Numbered from the stretch's first letter, positions 10,505 through 20,450 are shown. The stretch: 64,000 bases of DNA from Candidatus Obscuribacteraceae bacterium (GCA_044229845.1 JBGASG010000006.1:64001-128000); one strand, 5' to 3'. Notes: generated from the letters alone by a model not told the origin. A program made the numbers and translations.

Positions 10505-12049
10505 GTGCCAAAATCCGAAGATTCCGAAAATACGCGCCTCAGAAAAGAAAATGCCCGGCTCCAAAAGTCGCTGGACCGCATGGAGAAGCAGCTCCAAGAA
10601 GCCAATGACGCCAACAAAGAGCTGCGCGCGCTCATGAAGGATCTCCAGGAAAAACTCGACATCCTTATCGTCCAATTCAAAAAACGGAATCGCAAGGACT
10701 TTGGCAACAAGACTGAACGACACAATCCGCGGCCGGCACTCGCTGTCGAATTGTCTCCTCTGACTGCTAAGGAAAAGTCGACTCCAAAACCACGCAATCA
10801 CATCAAGCACATTCTCTCGCAGAACCTTCCCCCTGAGATTGTTCCGCACACCGTTAAGCCGGAAGATGCAACCTGTCCCTACTGCATCGTTGACACCGTT
10901 TTCGTCGGCACCGAAGTGACCCACCAGTTGGAGCGCTTGACTCAAACGCTTAAACATCTGCAGCATGAGCAGGAAGTTCGGGCGTGCCCGAAGTGTAGGA
11001 AGTACATCGTCACCGCAGAAAAACCTTGTTCGCCAATTCCCGGCAGCTACGCCGGACCGGGACTGCTCGCGGACGTCTGTGTGAACAAACTTGCAGACGG
11101 GCTTCCAAACTACAGACAGGAGAAAAGATACAAACGCGAAAGTGCCACCATACCACGGTCCACTCAAAGTGATTGGATGCTGGCTGCCTCGTTTACTGTT
11201 GAGCCTCTGTACGATCTCGTTACTCGACGCCTGCTCCTTTCTCGCGTAATACAGACGGACGACAGCGAACTTAAGGTCCAGGACCGGAAGCACAAGCGAA
11301 AAATGCGCAAAGGCAAAATGACTGTTTACCGCGGGGATGAGAATCACAGGTTTGTAGCCTTCGATTTCTCTCCCGATCAAACCTTCGCCAGGAACATTGC
11401 ATTCCTCGAACAGTTTGTCGGCATCGTACAGGCCGACGCCGCAAAGGGCTTCGACAAGCTGTACGAGGATGGCACCAAAGTCGAGGCCGGTTGTAACGCC
11501 CATTCGCGCAGGAAGTACTACGAAGCGCTGGTGATTGATCCTCAAAGCTGCAACCCGATCCTGGACATCTATCACGCACTTTACGACATCGAAGCGGAGA
11601 TCAAGACACGGAGTCCTGCGGAGAAGCTGGCTGAGCGACAAGCACGATCGAAGCCACTCGTTGGGCAGCTTCACGCCCTGGTTCTCTCTCTTAGTGAGAA
11701 ATTGAACCCTAAACATCCAGTCATGCGCGCCGTCCTGTACACGCTCACTCACTGGCAGGCGCTCACTCGCTTTCTCGAAGATCCTGCCATCAATATCGAC
11801 AACAACGCCGCCGAGCGAGAAATCAAAGACTTCGTGATTGATCGAAAGAATTTCCTGTTCGCAGGCTCGGACGCTGGCGGTAAGTCGATTGCCATTCTCC
11901 TGACTCTCATTGCCTCTGCGAAGCGCAACAAGATCGACCCACGTGCATACCTCACCGACGTGTTTACGCGCATCAACTCCATGAAGACCAGCGAGCTTGA
12001 GCAGCTTCTTCCGGACCGGTGGACGCCAAACCAAAACAAAGTCTCCTGA
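10505..12049 (+). CDS. tnpC: IS66 transposase TnpC
   Basis: Coiled coil, CPYC/CPKC zinc finger, QTDDS, GCNAHSRRK, IDNNAAEREIK, RKNFLFAGS, LLPDRW. GTG 10505 is the likely start (ORF from 10406). Confidence 0.95.
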   Translation: MPKSEDSENTRLRKENARLQKSLDRMEKQLQEANDANKELRALMKDLQEKLDILIVQFKKRNRKDFGNKTERHNPRPALAVELSPLTAKEKSTPKPRNHIKHILSQNLPPEIVPHTVKPEDATCPYCIVDTVFVGTEVTHQLERLTQTLKHLQHEQEVRACPKCRKYIVTAEKPCSPIPGSYAGPGLLADVCVNKLADGLPNYRQEKRYKRESATIPRSTQSDWMLAASFTVEPLYDLVTRRLLLSRVIQTDDSELKVQDRKHKRKMRKGKMTVYRGDENHRFVAFDFSPDQTFARNIAFLEQFVGIVQADAAKGFDKLYEDGTKVEAGCNAHSRRKYYEALVIDPQSCNPILDIYHALYDIEAEIKTRSPAEKLAERQARSKPLVGQLHALVLSLSEKLNPKHPVMRAVLYTLTHWQALTRFLEDPAINIDNNAAEREIKDFVIDRKNFLFAGSDAGGKSIAILLTLIASAKRNKIDPRAYLTDVFTRINSMKTSELEQLLPDRWTPNQNKVS

Positions 12050-12115
12050 ATTTCGCTACCTCAGGAAACCACGCCCCACCTTAATTTCCTAGGACGTGAA
12101 GAACCGGACGCACAC

Positions 12116-12328
12116 CAGCCAGCCAACAAACCGGTTCTCCATTCGCTGTAAGCGTCGTTCGACAAATTGAAACTGTGAGGTCGTGGTAGCCTCGGCGCGG
12201 ACAACTATCCCGTCAAGGACCAGGGCACGAATCATCTGGCATGGTTTGACTCCGTTCGTTTTCGCCAGGCGGAGGATTTCCTCTTCCATCTCGCGAGGGA
12301 AGCGGGTACAGTACTGGGTCTTTCGCAT
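12116..12328 (-). pseudogene. Ribbon-helix-helix (MobC/CopG-like) gene truncated by IS66
   Basis: MRKTQYCTRFPREMEEEILRLAKTNG...RMENRFVGWL aligns with 26164..26559 until the IS66 right end. Confidence 0.8.
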
Positions 12329-12360
12329 TCCTTACCTCGGAACACAAGCGCGGTTGCGCG

Positions 12361-12730
12361 TAATTGTTGAAGCAAGCCTGCGGCTTGCATGCCCCACGGA
12401 GAGTGAGGTGTTCGAGCGAAGTTAGCTCGTCAGTAGCCAGTGACGTGCACGGGGGCGCGTTGTTCCAACAATGCCACCACATATAGAGTCAGTAAGCAAC
12501 ACGCACCTGGTTGTGGAATGGGCTAAATTCCTGAGCCTCCGTCTGTGTCGCGACAGAATGAGAAAGACTACGCAACGATGCCCAAAACGAGCCGCCAATG
12601 CGCGAATGCCGTTCATCGCAGACCGGCAGTACCATTGAGGTGTGCGGCATTCGCGGATAGCGTTGACGAAACCGTGTAACACCGCCGGTGGTGCACGTTT
12701 CGGGTGATTGAAATCATCCTTTTATCCTGC
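12361..12730 (+). promoter_or_regulatory. oriT-like module with a MOBP/RP4-type nic motif TATCCTG^C at 12723-12730
   Basis: GAAATCATCCTTTTATCCTGC preceded by the palindrome at 12679-12694 and next to the RHH gene. Confidence 0.55.
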
Positions 12731-12779
12731 CTCGCCTGCACGCTCGGTGATCACTGCTCTTCGCACGAAATCTGTTTAG

Positions 12780-13466
12780 CTATAAAGAAAAACTTTCACT
12801 GAGTTGACTAGCTTCTTCCGGTGTGATCCATGGCGCGTTTTCTAAAATCAGCCGACGGCGAATTTTGTAAATCTTGGGCTCAGCCTGACGGATGCGTTTA
12901 ATGACCGATTCATCAACGGAAAGCAGCCGGTCGACGAGATCCGCAGCCTGGTTGTATTTGGCAAACTTGGGAGCAAGTCCGTGATTCGCCCCCTTTACCC
13001 AATCAGGAAATATAGACGGAACTCTCTTAACCCACCGGCGCTGGTACCAGGAAGCGATGCCCTCTTCCAACACGTTCGTCTCGGCTTTATCCCGTGGTGA
13101 TAAAAGATGTACGCATTCATGGCTTAATTGCCACAAGGCTTGAGGTCGGTCGTTCAGACAGTGGCGACTGAGGCGAATCATTAGATACTTATGCCTTCCG
13201 TGTCGTCCTGTTCCCCATATCTGCATGTGCGGCGTATCCGAATCAAAATTTATCCCAGCGAACATAAACGGATAGGGGTCTAATTTCGAGCCAAAAATAG
13301 TTTCTGCTTCTTCCAGCATCACGCACAAGAAGGTCGCGAAAACATCGCTGCTCAAATTTCTCGCTCGCACCTGATGCCTAATATACGCATACGGGTCGTC
13401 GACCAAACGATTCATTGCAAATGACATCCTCCGTCCATCGTTCCCAACCTGACAGTGTACGACCAA
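12780..13466 (-). CDS. HExxH zinc metallopeptidase-like protein
   Basis: WQLSHECVHLL...LEEGIA motif. The true start may be 13427 or 13415. Confidence 0.65.
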   Translation of the reverse strand: MVVHCQVGNDGRRMSFAMNRLVDDPYAYIRHQVRARNLSSDVFATFLCVMLEEAETIFGSKLDPYPFMFAGINFDSDTPHMQIWGTGRHGRHKYLMIRLSRHCLNDRPQALWQLSHECVHLLSPRDKAETNVLEEGIASWYQRRWVKRVPSIFPDWVKGANHGLAPKFAKYNQAADLVDRLLSVDESVIKRIRQAEPKIYKIRRRLILENAPWITPEEASQLSESFSL

Positions 13467-13604
13467 TTTCGTCTTCGCCGCTCTGTCTAGCTCTTGGCAG
13501 CGCGGGTCTGATCCTCTCTACGGGCGGCAATCAGTAAAACGCACAATTTTGTGTTTTGGCGGAGACCTTGGTTAAATGAGGTTGGAACGCAATCGCTGAC
13601 GAAC

Positions 13605-16600
13605 TCAAAATCGGGCATCGTTACCGCTAAGCCGCATGAGGTATTTGCTAACGGCAGTTCTGACAAGGATTTCAGCATGCTTGTTAATGCCGAACATACG
13701 ATTGCAATGCAGGTGCACAATGTCGGAGCAAATTTCAGTAACAGGCGTAGACAACTTGCCCTCTGCAGCAAGGGACAGAAGCCTGGAGCAATAAGGATCG
13801 ATTGCCTCACGAAACTGTTGTGATAACGCGATGATTTGGCGTTGGTTCGGCGCGCACCTATCAGTTACATCCGCATCGAGAACAGCTATTATGCTGGTCC
13901 AGCTGGATCTGCAGTCGGCGCTAACCGCACGAAAGTCGTCGGACGAAAATCCTTCCACTAGCATCTGCTTGCCTGTCGTATCGAAAAGTTGGAATGATTC
14001 CAAAATCGACTTCACGGTCGCTACCGCCGCTATCAACTTATTGGATTGCGGTGAGTTAAACAAATACTTGCACACTATCTCGCTGTCACAGTAAAAGATC
14101 GATTCAACCGCATCCAACGCCTCTGGCCCGCCGTAACGCTCCACTTCGCGGTCGTAGGTCTCAACTGAATACTTGGAACACACGCCAGAATAAACCAGAT
14201 CTGAGGCACGTTCGAAGAGAGCAGGTAGCGCCACGCTGCAAACATTGGACGGTTTAACATTGAAGCGCATTCGTAAATGGTCGCATCCATCTCGATAGCG
14301 AATGAAAAACCATTTCTCTACAATATTTGTGAAGAGCTTCGATTCAAGCAAATTCGAGAAGCGCTCCACGACTTCTTCTTGCAAAACATCTGCACATTCA
14401 AGGCGGAGGTAAATCCATTCGCTTCCAGGGGGACGGGTGTAGAGCGCTCTATCGACTGCGATGTTCCTTTTGCCGTTTCTGTCGGGAGTTGGTTGACCAT
14501 GAAGTTTTTTTCGAACAAAACTAGAAACGAATTCCGTGACATAGTGCTCGGTCCCGACGTCATGCCATGTGTGGGTGTTCAAATATTCGATGAGAAGCAG
14601 CTTTCTTTTGTCGCGCTCAGCTTGCTTGAATTCTCGTCGCAGAATAGCTAGGTCGGACGAATGAGAAAGATTCAGCAGAAGGGGGTTGTCATCGTCAAAG
14701 CTCTCGGCGAGCCAGACCAAGTCCGGGATCTGATAATCTGCTTTTGCTTTCTCAAAAGTTTCCTCAAAATGCTGATCGATGTTCACCATCGATTGAATGG
14801 ACCAGCGCGCTGAGGCCAAGATAAACCTTTCGAAGGTCACTCTCGGGAGATGCACCATTTGCTCCGCGCACCAGCCCCAATTGAATGAGCTGAGCGAGAA
14901 GCAATCTTGCCAAGCTACGTCTACAAGAAACCTGATCGTATCGGGAAGAAGCGCGCGTGACAATAAGTTTCTTGTGCGAAACAATAACCTCTGTCCTGTT
15001 CGTGACCACTGCGCAAAGAATTTGCCTGACTCAATTCCTATTTCAATTTCGGATAGCGGTACGCTTGTACTACCGTGAGACGGTAAGCAGCCTGAAGACG
15101 TGCTGAAATTACACTGAAATGAGGCAAGAGCGATGTTCAGCAGTCGGGCGTTCGCCGGCCAGTAGTTTGCATCGACGATTAGGTGATCATCAGCTGAATT
15201 TGCCTCACACTCGAATATTTCAGACAATGCGTTTGAGCCGGTCTCGCTGAACAGACGCGCGAATCTTCCCATCGCTCGCCCCGCTCCATCATCACCCACG
15301 CGGGGAGAGACTAATAGTTCGAACTTGCCATCGTCAATTTCCGACTGGGAATTGGCAACAATTTGAAAAAACAAATCGACCGACAGCGGCGCGGTTGACT
15401 CGTCTAGGTCAAAAATCGACAGACGCTGAAGATCTGTATCTGAAAGCTCAACGGGGTTACCTTTGCTGGTTTGCGCAAGTTCGAATAGAAAAGCTTCACG
15501 ACTCCAACGGTCGGTTGTGTCGGTCGCTACGTACCTCTCACCATACGGGGAACCCAGCCCGAAAGTGTCACTGATCAAAGATAGCAAAGGCACCACTCTG
15601 TCAACCTGGTAACGCTGTTCGAACGCTCGGAGGTATGGTGTCAATTTTTCGTTTTTAGTTGAGCTAATTTGCACGAGCAACCTGACCAAACGTGCCAGGT
15701 CTGCCGACAATTTGGAATTCAGGCGAGCGCTTTCAAGACGCATTTGGGTGTCTATTTGAAGCGCGTTATCGCTTTCGGAATACCCCGGAACCCGAGCCAT
15801 CAGGTCTAAATAATCTCTAGGCGACACCGGCTGATTGCGGGTTGCAGATTCTTGTATGTCACGGAGAGCGCCAACTACAGGCGGTGTCTCGACCGAATTC
15901 GCGCCAAAATACGATATTACGTAGTCACAGGGACTCTCGGTGTTCAGTGGAAACCGCAAGGTGGATATCAAAAATCCTTCTTCGATTAGCTCATCAACTA
16001 ATCCGTCAGAAACGCTGCTGGCGACGCCGAACGCGTTGGAGACAGACTCACTTAGTGTCTGGAAAGAGGCAGCATTGGAACGGCAGAGACTTAAAAGATA
16101 TCGCACTGGTTCTGTGGCTCTGATGTGTGTGGTCTGCTGCTGACCACTGGTCAAGTCGCGATTTGACCAAACTCGATTATCTTGGATTGCGATCTCCGGA
16201 TCGGTCACGTAAGACAGTTTTCGCCTAGACTGGCGGTCGGTTTCTAACTCTGAAATTACTGCGCCGAGGCAGGACATGTCCACTCTAAGCTTCGGCACGA
16301 CTTCTCCGGTACGCCTGATGCTGGTATCACTGCCAAAAGTCGCGAGGTCGACGCCTGCAAACAATCCGTACGGAGTTGGACGAGTCCCCATTCGTCTAAA
16401 ATACTTGAATGACTTATCAATAGCTTCTTCGCTGTCCTTTGTGGTGAATGCAAAATAGAGAGATGGGCTGCCTATTGCTAAGGCCGTTTCGAAAAGTTTC
16501 TGATGAGATTGGGGTGGTGAGCACATCATGCCGATTTCAAACGGCAGCAAAGGAGTGCGAACAAGCAAAGGTCCGACTTGTTCGTACTGAATGCTTGATG

Positions 16601-16622
16601 CGAATTTGAGATTCTGTCGCAT
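13605..16622 (-). CDS. lanB: Class I lanthipeptide dehydratase (LanB), glutamylation plus elimination domains
   Basis: 1005 aa with LLVRTPLLP, RMGTRPTPYGLFAGV, GRAMGRF, HLPRV, WFFIRY.D...HLRMR, YDREVERYGG and HLHCNR. Confidence 0.95.
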   Translation of the reverse strand: MRQNLKFASSIQYEQVGPLLVRTPLLPFEIGMMCSPPQSHQKLFETALAIGSPSLYFAFTTKDSEEAIDKSFKYFRRMGTRPTPYGLFAGVDLATFGSDTSIRRTGEVVPKLRVDMSCLGAVISELETDRQSRRKLSYVTDPEIAIQDNRVWSNRDLTSGQQQTTHIRATEPVRYLLSLCRSNAASFQTLSESVSNAFGVASSVSDGLVDELIEEGFLISTLRFPLNTESPCDYVISYFGANSVETPPVVGALRDIQESATRNQPVSPRDYLDLMARVPGYSESDNALQIDTQMRLESARLNSKLSADLARLVRLLVQISSTKNEKLTPYLRAFEQRYQVDRVVPLLSLISDTFGLGSPYGERYVATDTTDRWSREAFLFELAQTSKGNPVELSDTDLQRLSIFDLDESTAPLSVDLFFQIVANSQSEIDDGKFELLVSPRVGDDGAGRAMGRFARLFSETGSNALSEIFECEANSADDHLIVDANYWPANARLLNIALASFQCNFSTSSGCLPSHGSTSVPLSEIEIGIESGKFFAQWSRTGQRLLFRTRNLLSRALLPDTIRFLVDVAWQDCFSLSSFNWGWCAEQMVHLPRVTFERFILASARWSIQSMVNIDQHFEETFEKAKADYQIPDLVWLAESFDDDNPLLLNLSHSSDLAILRREFKQAERDKRKLLLIEYLNTHTWHDVGTEHYVTEFVSSFVRKKLHGQPTPDRNGKRNIAVDRALYTRPPGSEWIYLRLECADVLQEEVVERFSNLLESKLFTNIVEKWFFIRYRDGCDHLRMRFNVKPSNVCSVALPALFERASDLVYSGVCSKYSVETYDREVERYGGPEALDAVESIFYCDSEIVCKYLFNSPQSNKLIAAVATVKSILESFQLFDTTGKQMLVEGFSSDDFRAVSADCRSSWTSIIAVLDADVTDRCAPNQRQIIALSQQFREAIDPYCSRLLSLAAEGKLSTPVTEICSDIVHLHCNRMFGINKHAEILVRTAVSKYLMRLSGNDARF

Positions 16623-16626
16623 GGCT

Positions 16627-17892
16627 TTATGACACCATCATTAGCCGATCCCACATCGGCTCTCTATTTGTTGTTGCTGCCAGCAAAGCCAATGCAACGC
16701 CAGAAGCGCCCGTTACAAAGCTGGGATCATCAACTAAGTTGTCCCCGAGGTCAGGCTCCCGAAATCCAAATTTGTATTCGGATCGAAATTCTTCTAATAG
16801 TCTATCGATCAGTGAAATGGAGTACATACTTGGTACCGATGTCTCATTGCAAAAGCGTAATGCTATTAGCAATCGCCCCGCGAGCCCGTGGCACAGTGTT
16901 GCTCCATTTTCCGAGTCAAGTATTCTCGGATTGGAAAGAAGTTTTTCAATCCCCATAATGGCGAAAGATTTGTGGTCTGCGCAAGACAATGCTTTTCCCG
17001 CTAACCAAATCGACCTCAGGACGCCGGGTCCACCGTAACACCAGCCGTCGTGACTCATTTCGCGAAAGTCTTGATTCCGTGGCACTTTATATGGCCATCT
17101 GATTGAATCTTCCGATTTGACCGCAAGACTTTGAAGCCAACAAGCGAGCATGTCGATCGTTTCGCAAAGGCCATCCGCATCGACTCCTTCAATGCGAGCA
17201 ATTGAGAGGGAAGCGAGCACGCCGGGCATGCCGTGAGCAAGCCCACAGTTGATTAGCCCACTTTCGTCCGCCACGCGATCAGATAGAAAGTTTGTGAGTT
17301 TTTGCGGCAAAAATGGACCTGGAAAACGCACGAGCTTGATAAGCGTGTCTACTGAGTGGACTAATACATTCTCAATCGAACCAGCCGAGCGCCTTGCTAT
17401 CAGATAACGCATCATTCCGCTCAATCCACTCACCACATCATAATCAGATTGGTCGATATTGGTCACAGCAGAGAGGTCCCGAATCTTTTTAGACCTCAAA
17501 AAACATTCGGAACTTATTTGCAAATCCGTGCTTTCCAAAAACCTCTTGTGTCGGTTCGGACCGTCGTGCAGCATGAGTGCCAACAGCCCCAGTTGCGACA
17601 ATCCTTTAGATAGTGCACCACTCCGACATGACACCGTGTGAAAAATCGCCGCAGAGAAGAACTTCTCCGCAAAGAATTCGTGTTCCCAATCCCCCCTAGT
17701 GTAATAAAGAAATTGATAGAGCACTGCCATAACAGCCAGGTCAAAGGGATTCACACGCCATTGGGTTCCGCGAGTCGAAATGATCGCGTGGTTGCCTGAT
17801 AGCCTGCGCAGACGGTCCGCGACTGATGAAGCTACGGCTATGGCTCGGTCAGCTTGTTCTCCCGAGCAAACACTTTTCCATTCAGCGTTCAT
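16627..17892 (-). CDS. lanC: Lanthionine cyclase (LanC)
   Basis: YDVVSGLSG, GLAHG, WCYG and LCHG zinc-ligand motifs. Confidence 0.95.
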   Translation of the reverse strand: MNAEWKSVCSGEQADRAIAVASSVADRLRRLSGNHAIISTRGTQWRVNPFDLAVMAVLYQFLYYTRGDWEHEFFAEKFFSAAIFHTVSCRSGALSKGLSQLGLLALMLHDGPNRHKRFLESTDLQISSECFLRSKKIRDLSAVTNIDQSDYDVVSGLSGMMRYLIARRSAGSIENVLVHSVDTLIKLVRFPGPFLPQKLTNFLSDRVADESGLINCGLAHGMPGVLASLSIARIEGVDADGLCETIDMLACWLQSLAVKSEDSIRWPYKVPRNQDFREMSHDGWCYGGPGVLRSIWLAGKALSCADHKSFAIMGIEKLLSNPRILDSENGATLCHGLAGRLLIALRFCNETSVPSMYSISLIDRLLEEFRSEYKFGFREPDLGDNLVDDPSFVTGASGVALALLAATTNREPMWDRLMMVS

Positions 17893-17916
17893 GTAAAAGC
17901 CGAGTCCATAATTGCC

Positions 17917-18402
17917 TCATACACGGGTGCACTTGACTGTCGAAGGTTTGGGTCCTGGACCTGGTCCTCCGCCTGGTCCTGGTCCTGGTCCTGGTCCTGG
18001 TCCCGGTCCTGGTCCTGGTCCTCCGCCTGGTCCTGGTCCAGGTCCCGGACGCTTTGTCTTTTTGCAACATCCTTTAGCACTATCCTTAGTGCAAGTTGCT
18101 GGTGTCGAACAAGGGTGTCCAGGCACTTTCGAAATTGGTGGACATCCTTTTGGAAAAAATCCACCGGGAGGTAGCCCGACCGCTGCGAGAGAATCGCTGC
18201 CTATGCCTGCCCTGTTCAATCTTTTTACTTGTATGTCGAACATGTCAGCCCTTGTGCTGTCGTTCGAACCCACTCGCGTCAACTCAGTCTGATATGGAAA
18301 CACGCTGTTTAACAGACTGCCTCCCAATGTTAGGTTTAGAAAGCCGCAAGTTAAAGACCTGACCCACGAGGCAAAGCGTCCTCGCTGCGATTGTTTGTTC
18401 AT
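17917..18402 (-). CDS. Putative lanthipeptide precursor (LanA), 161 aa, with a (Gly-Pro)n tract
   Basis: Directly upstream of lanC. DMFDIQVK resembles the class I FxLD/FDLDV leader motif. The core is rich in Cys/Ser/Thr (GCPPIS..PCSTPATCTKDSAKGCC..STVKCTRV). Confidence 0.7.
   Translation of the reverse strand: MNKQSQRGRFASWVRSLTCGFLNLTLGGSLLNSVFPYQTELTRVGSNDSTRADMFDIQVKRLNRAGIGSDSLAAVGLPPGGFFPKGCPPISKVPGHPCSTPATCTKDSAKGCCKKTKRPGPGPGPGGGPGPGPGPGPGPGPGPGGGPGPGPKPSTVKCTRV
17951..18048 (-). repeat. Hexamer tandem repeat (GGACCA)n encoding Gly-Pro
   Basis: About 16 units reading (TGGTCC) on the plus strand, interrupted twice by GGG codon runs. Confidence 0.9.
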
Positions 18403-19004
18403 TTTGTGTTTACTCCGGAAATAGCAAGTGGAATGGGTATTTCTGATTTGACAGGGAAGGCGAGATCCGCCGAATCCACTGAGGATGTCGGTTCGGCAAC
18501 TTTTGGTTCAATGGCAGCTTCGGGATATCCGATGAGATTTCTGTCAGTCACGCGATCGGTTTCGGGACTTAGGAATGTTGCGTTTCTCGCGCTATACACT
18601 CTGCTTGACGTAAGTCCTAAACCACTTCGAGAGTGCACATAGTATCCAGCGTAGCCAAACTCAGGTTCTTGACCGCTCGACTGAAGTTTGATGGCGTTGC
18701 CATACGAATCGAACGCTTGCTGCAGTGCTATCTGTCCGCTTGTATTCGTCAGCTCTCTAACGGAAAGGTCAAGGTCCGCCGTGTAGTAGTAGTTACCCGC
18801 TGCGACCGCCTGCCCGTAAGCAAACAGATTGGTGGTCACAGAGCCCGACTGATCCCTGACTGCCGAGGGCTGAGTGTTGTCCGGACACCAAATCAGCTGT
18901 TTAGTGCTTGTGATACTGCTCGCCACCGTCTCGACGATCTTTACTGTCTTCCCGAACGGATCGACCGTTAATTTGGTGTCATTTCCCATTCCCTGATAAG
19001 TAAT
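18399..19004 (-). CDS. Degenerate orphan Rhs core cassette without a DPxG site or clear toxin tip
   Basis: In frame from the core (ITYQGMGNDTKLTVDPFGK..KIVETVASSITSTKQ). Eroded motifs: ATFLSPE for GRFxSRDP and NLIGY. The stop overlaps the lanA start (ATGA). Confidence 0.75.
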   Translation of the reverse strand: MTYQGMGNDTKLTVDPFGKTVKIVETVASSITSTKQLIWCPDNTQPSAVRDQSGSVTTNLFAYGQAVAAGNYYYTADLDLSVRELTNTSGQIALQQAFDSYGNAIKLQSSGQEPEFGYAGYYVHSRSGLGLTSSRVYSARNATFLSPETDRVTDRNLIGYPEAAIEPKVAEPTSSVDSADLAFPVKSEIPIPLAISGVNTK

Positions 19005-19135
19005 CTTTTCGAAAGCTGCGCATCGCCGGTGGTGCTATGGTGCACAGGACGCGGCAATCGGGCACGAACGATTGGTGTCCGATTTTCACTGCAGACGCAG
19101 TGTAGACGGCCCTCCGAAAGTGGCTTATCACGGAA

Positions 19136-20344
19136 TTAGCTTGTACTGGGATTTCTGGGGTTAAACAACCTTAGAAACTCTTTGGTGATCTTTTCCATAG
19201 GCTCACGGAGCCTCTCGATATCAACTATGATGTAACCGAATGTGGTGTCGTTTTTCCCAGAATGATTTGCCAGCTTTTTCAGAACGACGTACGAAAAATC
19301 CAGTCGCTCGGCCATCGTCAAAAAAGTCCGTCTCAAGTCGTGCAACACGAAGGGGCAAGCAGCATCTTCAATAATTTTGTCGATGGCATAACCGCAGTCT
19401 ACCATGTGGCTCTTGCCACCTCGTCCAGGAAAAACAAATTCTGATGTTCCGCGCTCCGCATAGCGGCGAGCCAACAGGTCTTCCAGAAACGCACTGAGCG
19501 GCAACCGATGTTCTTTGTTGTTCTTCGAAACCTCCGCGCGCACGGTCAAAACTTTCGCGGCGAAGTCGATATTATCCCAGCGAAGTGTAGCGGCTTCGTT
19601 CCGGCGCAAGCCGGTGAGCAGCAAGAGCACCAGATAGTCTTTCACCTTCTGCTGCGGGAGCGACATGACCGCGTCGTACCAGGCGGGTAACTTGTGGTCT
19701 GGTATCAGCGTTTGACGTCTGCGCTCTTGATACCACTGGCGGTTATGCGAAAGTTTGGTGACCGGGTTCGCAGTGATGATCGGTTTGCCTTCAATCTCGT
19801 AGTTAGCGGCGGCAAAGTTCAACAGTGTACCGAGCACGTGCATGACGGTATTTGCTTGCGCCTCGCCGGACGTACCCTGGCGTGTCGGCTTGCGCAAATC
19901 GGCATGACGCTGCTGCACCATTTCGCGGGTGATGGCTGCCACCGGCAGATCTACCCAGTCACCGAGACAACGCGGAATGAGATATCTATAGGTACGTTTT
20001 GTGTTGGGCTTCAGGTTGCGTACCGAGAGGTAGTGTTCCAAGACCTCCTGCAATGTGACGCCCGCCACCTTCCTTTTAGCTCTCTCCGCCGTTGGATCTT
20101 TTCCGGCGGCCATCTGCGCCAGGAGCTTGAGCGCTTTTGCTCTGGCGGCGGTAGCTGTCAATCTGGTGTGGTCGCCGAGGGTAATCCTGCGCACGACGCC
20201 ATTGACTCGGGCTTCGACTATGTACGTCTTGCTGCCAGGCGTGACGCGCAGCCCGAATCCGGGCAACGCGCTGTCGCGATAGAAGACCTGCCCTTTCTCT
20301 GGAAAAGGCAATGTAGACACGAATGTATTTGTTAGTTTCGGCAT
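19136..20344 (-). CDS. Tyrosine integrase, paralog 2
   Basis: TGLRRNE, HDLRRT, NHS..TFGY; start MPKLT at 20344. Confidence 0.95.
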   Translation of the reverse strand: MPKLTNTFVSTLPFPEKGQVFYRDSALPGFGLRVTPGSKTYIVEARVNGVVRRITLGDHTRLTATAARAKALKLLAQMAAGKDPTAERAKRKVAGVTLQEVLEHYLSVRNLKPNTKRTYRYLIPRCLGDWVDLPVAAITREMVQQRHADLRKPTRQGTSGEAQANTVMHVLGTLLNFAAANYEIEGKPIITANPVTKLSHNRQWYQERRRQTLIPDHKLPAWYDAVMSLPQQKVKDYLVLLLLTGLRRNEAATLRWDNIDFAAKVLTVRAEVSKNNKEHRLPLSAFLEDLLARRYAERGTSEFVFPGRGGKSHMVDCGYAIDKIIEDAACPFVLHDLRRTFLTMAERLDFSYVVLKKLANHSGKNDTTFGYIIVDIERLREPMEKITKEFLRLFNPRNPSTS

Positions 20345-20450
20345 GCTGTCTGCTTCTTGAAATTTGGGGTAGATTGTTAAGCTGTGTAGACGCGGTGTAG
20401 ACACTTTTCAAAACGGCCGGTTGGCTGAGATGCCCATGGAAAGCCATGCT

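Larger units (their letters stand above)
9348..12115 (+). mobile_element. IS66-family element
   Basis: Left IR GTGTGCGTCCGGTAGTCCACGTC (9348-9370). Right IR at 12093-12115 (reverse complement GTGTGCGTCCGGTTCTTCACGTC). Gene order tnpA-tnpB-tnpC. The 8-bp flanks differ. Confidence 0.92.
12116..19006 (-). mobile_element. Truncated element C (core - degenerate Rhs core - lanthipeptide operon - oriT-like - RHH')
   Basis: Core at 18995-19006. Carries the same oriT/RHH module as element A. The integrase end is missing beyond IS66. Confidence 0.65.

Noticed and set aside
10436..12034. 532-aa antisense ORF
   Set aside because: Lies wholly opposite tnpC and has no recognisable motifs.
17889..18292. 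Alternative ORFs over the hexamer repeat (DQDQ, TRTR, WSWS and plus-strand PG frames)
   Set aside because: These are shadow frames of the repeat. Only 17917..18402 is coupled to the upstream stop and has a leader motif and Cys/Thr core.
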